Origin: Wallemia ichthyophaga EXF-994 | Taxonomy: Eukaryota; Fungi; Basidiomycota | DNA: 62,000 nucleotides | Reading direction: 5' to 3' | Assembly (NCBI RefSeq): GCF_000400465.1 | Contig: NW_008806280.1 | Location: 144,001 to 206,000, forward strand | Shown: positions 60,398-62,000 of the stretch, in pieces | Numbering within the stretch: the first letter of the stretch is position 1 | Layout of the letters: each line of letters opens with the position of its first letter | Notes under the pieces: generated by a model | What the model was told of the DNA's origin: nothing | Seen by the model: only the letters and a program-made list of their open reading frames with translations | The model's database searches: none | Translations under genes and position numbers: made by a program

Positions 60398-61923
60398 ATG
60401 ACAACTGAATACGCGGGATCGTCAAACGAGGCAGTGGAAATTAGATTGCGTGGGTGCTTAATATGGAATCCTTGCTCTACTAAAATATTGCAGGTAGAAG
60501 CGAGGCTGATGAACGCCAGCTGGAATCCGAGGAAGAGTTGAGGCTGACGCGACCATGGAATCCAACATTCACGTATCCAATATTTGGTACAGAGGAGCAA
60601 ATTTATGGCTATAAGAATCTGAAAGTTACTGTGAGTCAACGCGCACACAGTCTTACACTGGCTTAAACGTCGTCCAGGTTGATATGGCTTCTGGCTCATT
60701 GAAATCTCAACTCAACGTAAATTACGGCGATAAGAAAGAGGATGCTGATAACGTTGTCGACAGTATCAAGGAATATTTACCATTAGGTGGGTTCTTTAGC
60801 CACGGGGAACGTCTTGAGTAACTCGGCGCAGAGGAAGGAGACTTTGAAGAGCTTTTGGACAGAGACGCGCGGGAATTCAAACCTTGCGGTGATCTTATTA
60901 AAACATACACACGCGCGTCCGCAAAATCTCAAGGCAAAGGTAAAGGAAAGAGAAGGAAGGTCGAAACGTCATCAGGATCAGTCGCGGGCGAGGAAGGCGA
61001 TGTTGTGTACGAGATATACAGAGCTAAGTGGGATACTCCCGGCTGGAAAGCTTTTAATAAGCGGATGCAATTCTTTTTGTTGTTGGTAGGTGCTTTTGTC
61101 TCAGATAGAATCAAAGCGTATTGACGTAAAAAGTTTATCGAAGCAGCAAACTATCTCGAAGAAGATGACGACAACTGGGAATTCTTCACTTTGTTCGAGA
61201 AGAGGAGCAGAGATAACGGAGAAAACACATATCACTTCGTTGGATATTCATCTCTTTACTCCTTCTATCACTTCCCTACTGGTCGTAGGCAACGTTTATC
61301 GTATGTTCTTCTTGTTTGATTGAGCATCATTTCTCATTCGCATTCGCTGCAGACAATTCTTCATCTTGCCTCCATATCAAAGACAAAGCCATGCATCTGA
61401 ACTGTATAACGCTATTCGCAGTGATGTGCTGTCTAGACAGGAGATTATTGAATTAGGTGTGGAGGATCCTTCAGAGTCATTTGACGTCCTTCGTGACGTG
61501 AATGATCTTCGTTGGTTGAGCGATGAGCACCTTCTAGACAATAAAACGGCTGCAGACATGAACAGGAATTGGATAGAACAAGAAAGACAAAAGCTTAAAG
61601 TGCCCAAGCGCCAGTTTCTGCGTTTGATCGAGATGCTTCTGCTTCACAAGCTGGATCCAAAGAATCAAGAGCAGTCCAAGAGGTTCAGACTTTTGGTGAG
61701 CTTTAAGTTAACTTGTTCAAAACATTTTAACAGACTCAATAGGTTAAAGATCGTCTTTACAGGTTCAACTACGTAGGTAACTCAGAAAATAGTCAATATA
61801 TCTCACAGTATACAGGAACAATTAATTGGTTTGACGCCAGAAGAGAGGAAAGCTGCTTTACAGCTGACTTATGAAGGTGTTGTTGACAACTACCGTGATG
61901 TACTTCTCAAAAGTCATATCTGA
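60398..61923 (+). CDS. HAT1: Histone acetyltransferase type B catalytic subunit
   Basis: WNPTFTYPIFGTEEQIYGYKNL, FNKRMQFFLLL|FIEAANYLEEDD, YHFVGYSSLYSFYHFP, QFFILPPYQ and VEDPSESFDVLRD. Multi-exon. Confidence 0.92.
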
Positions 61924-62000
61924 TGGTTGTGAGAACGAATTACATCTTGCTATACATTACATGAGAAAAGAAATGCAACCGAATTCTAAGAAATTTCCTT

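Noticed and set aside
30139-61923. Apparent clustering of chromatin/transcription genes (SGF73, MED31, CTR9, HAT1)
   Set aside because: They are interspersed with unrelated housekeeping genes. This is expected in a genome reduced to core functions.

Overview
Eukaryotic nuclear DNA from an extremely compact fungal genome. It carries about 35 protein-coding genes, many short (about 45-75 bp) GT-AG introns with CTAAC/CTGAC branch points, and intergenic spacers often under 100 bp. The basidiomycete-type proteins and this architecture suggest Wallemia (inference, not verified). Content is mostly housekeeping: DBP4, MAK21, KIN17, GCV2, CRC1, Ran, CK1, XAP5, CysRS, SGF73, TAZ1, GPN1, LSM4, BUD32, an ENOSF1-like dehydratase, SWP1, SLH1, UGGT, CTR9 and HAT1. 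I found no rRNA, intact tRNA, transposon or CRISPR array. Gene models were spliced by hand, so some boundaries are approximate. The most notable signals are: (1) a spliced 62-aa microprotein gene with twin RRxSAT motifs, missed by the ORF track; (2) a leaky-scanning N-terminal extension on CysRS; (3) two near-twin introns in adjacent unrelated genes; (4) a VPS51-like gene overlapping neighbours at one or both ends; (5) a 1.45-kb unexplained gap with a tRNA-like relic and a GC-rich hairpin; (6) an apparent frameshift in a Vps3/TGFBRAP1-like gene; (7) non-canonical catalytic motifs in TAZ1, HAT1, GH31 and SLH1.
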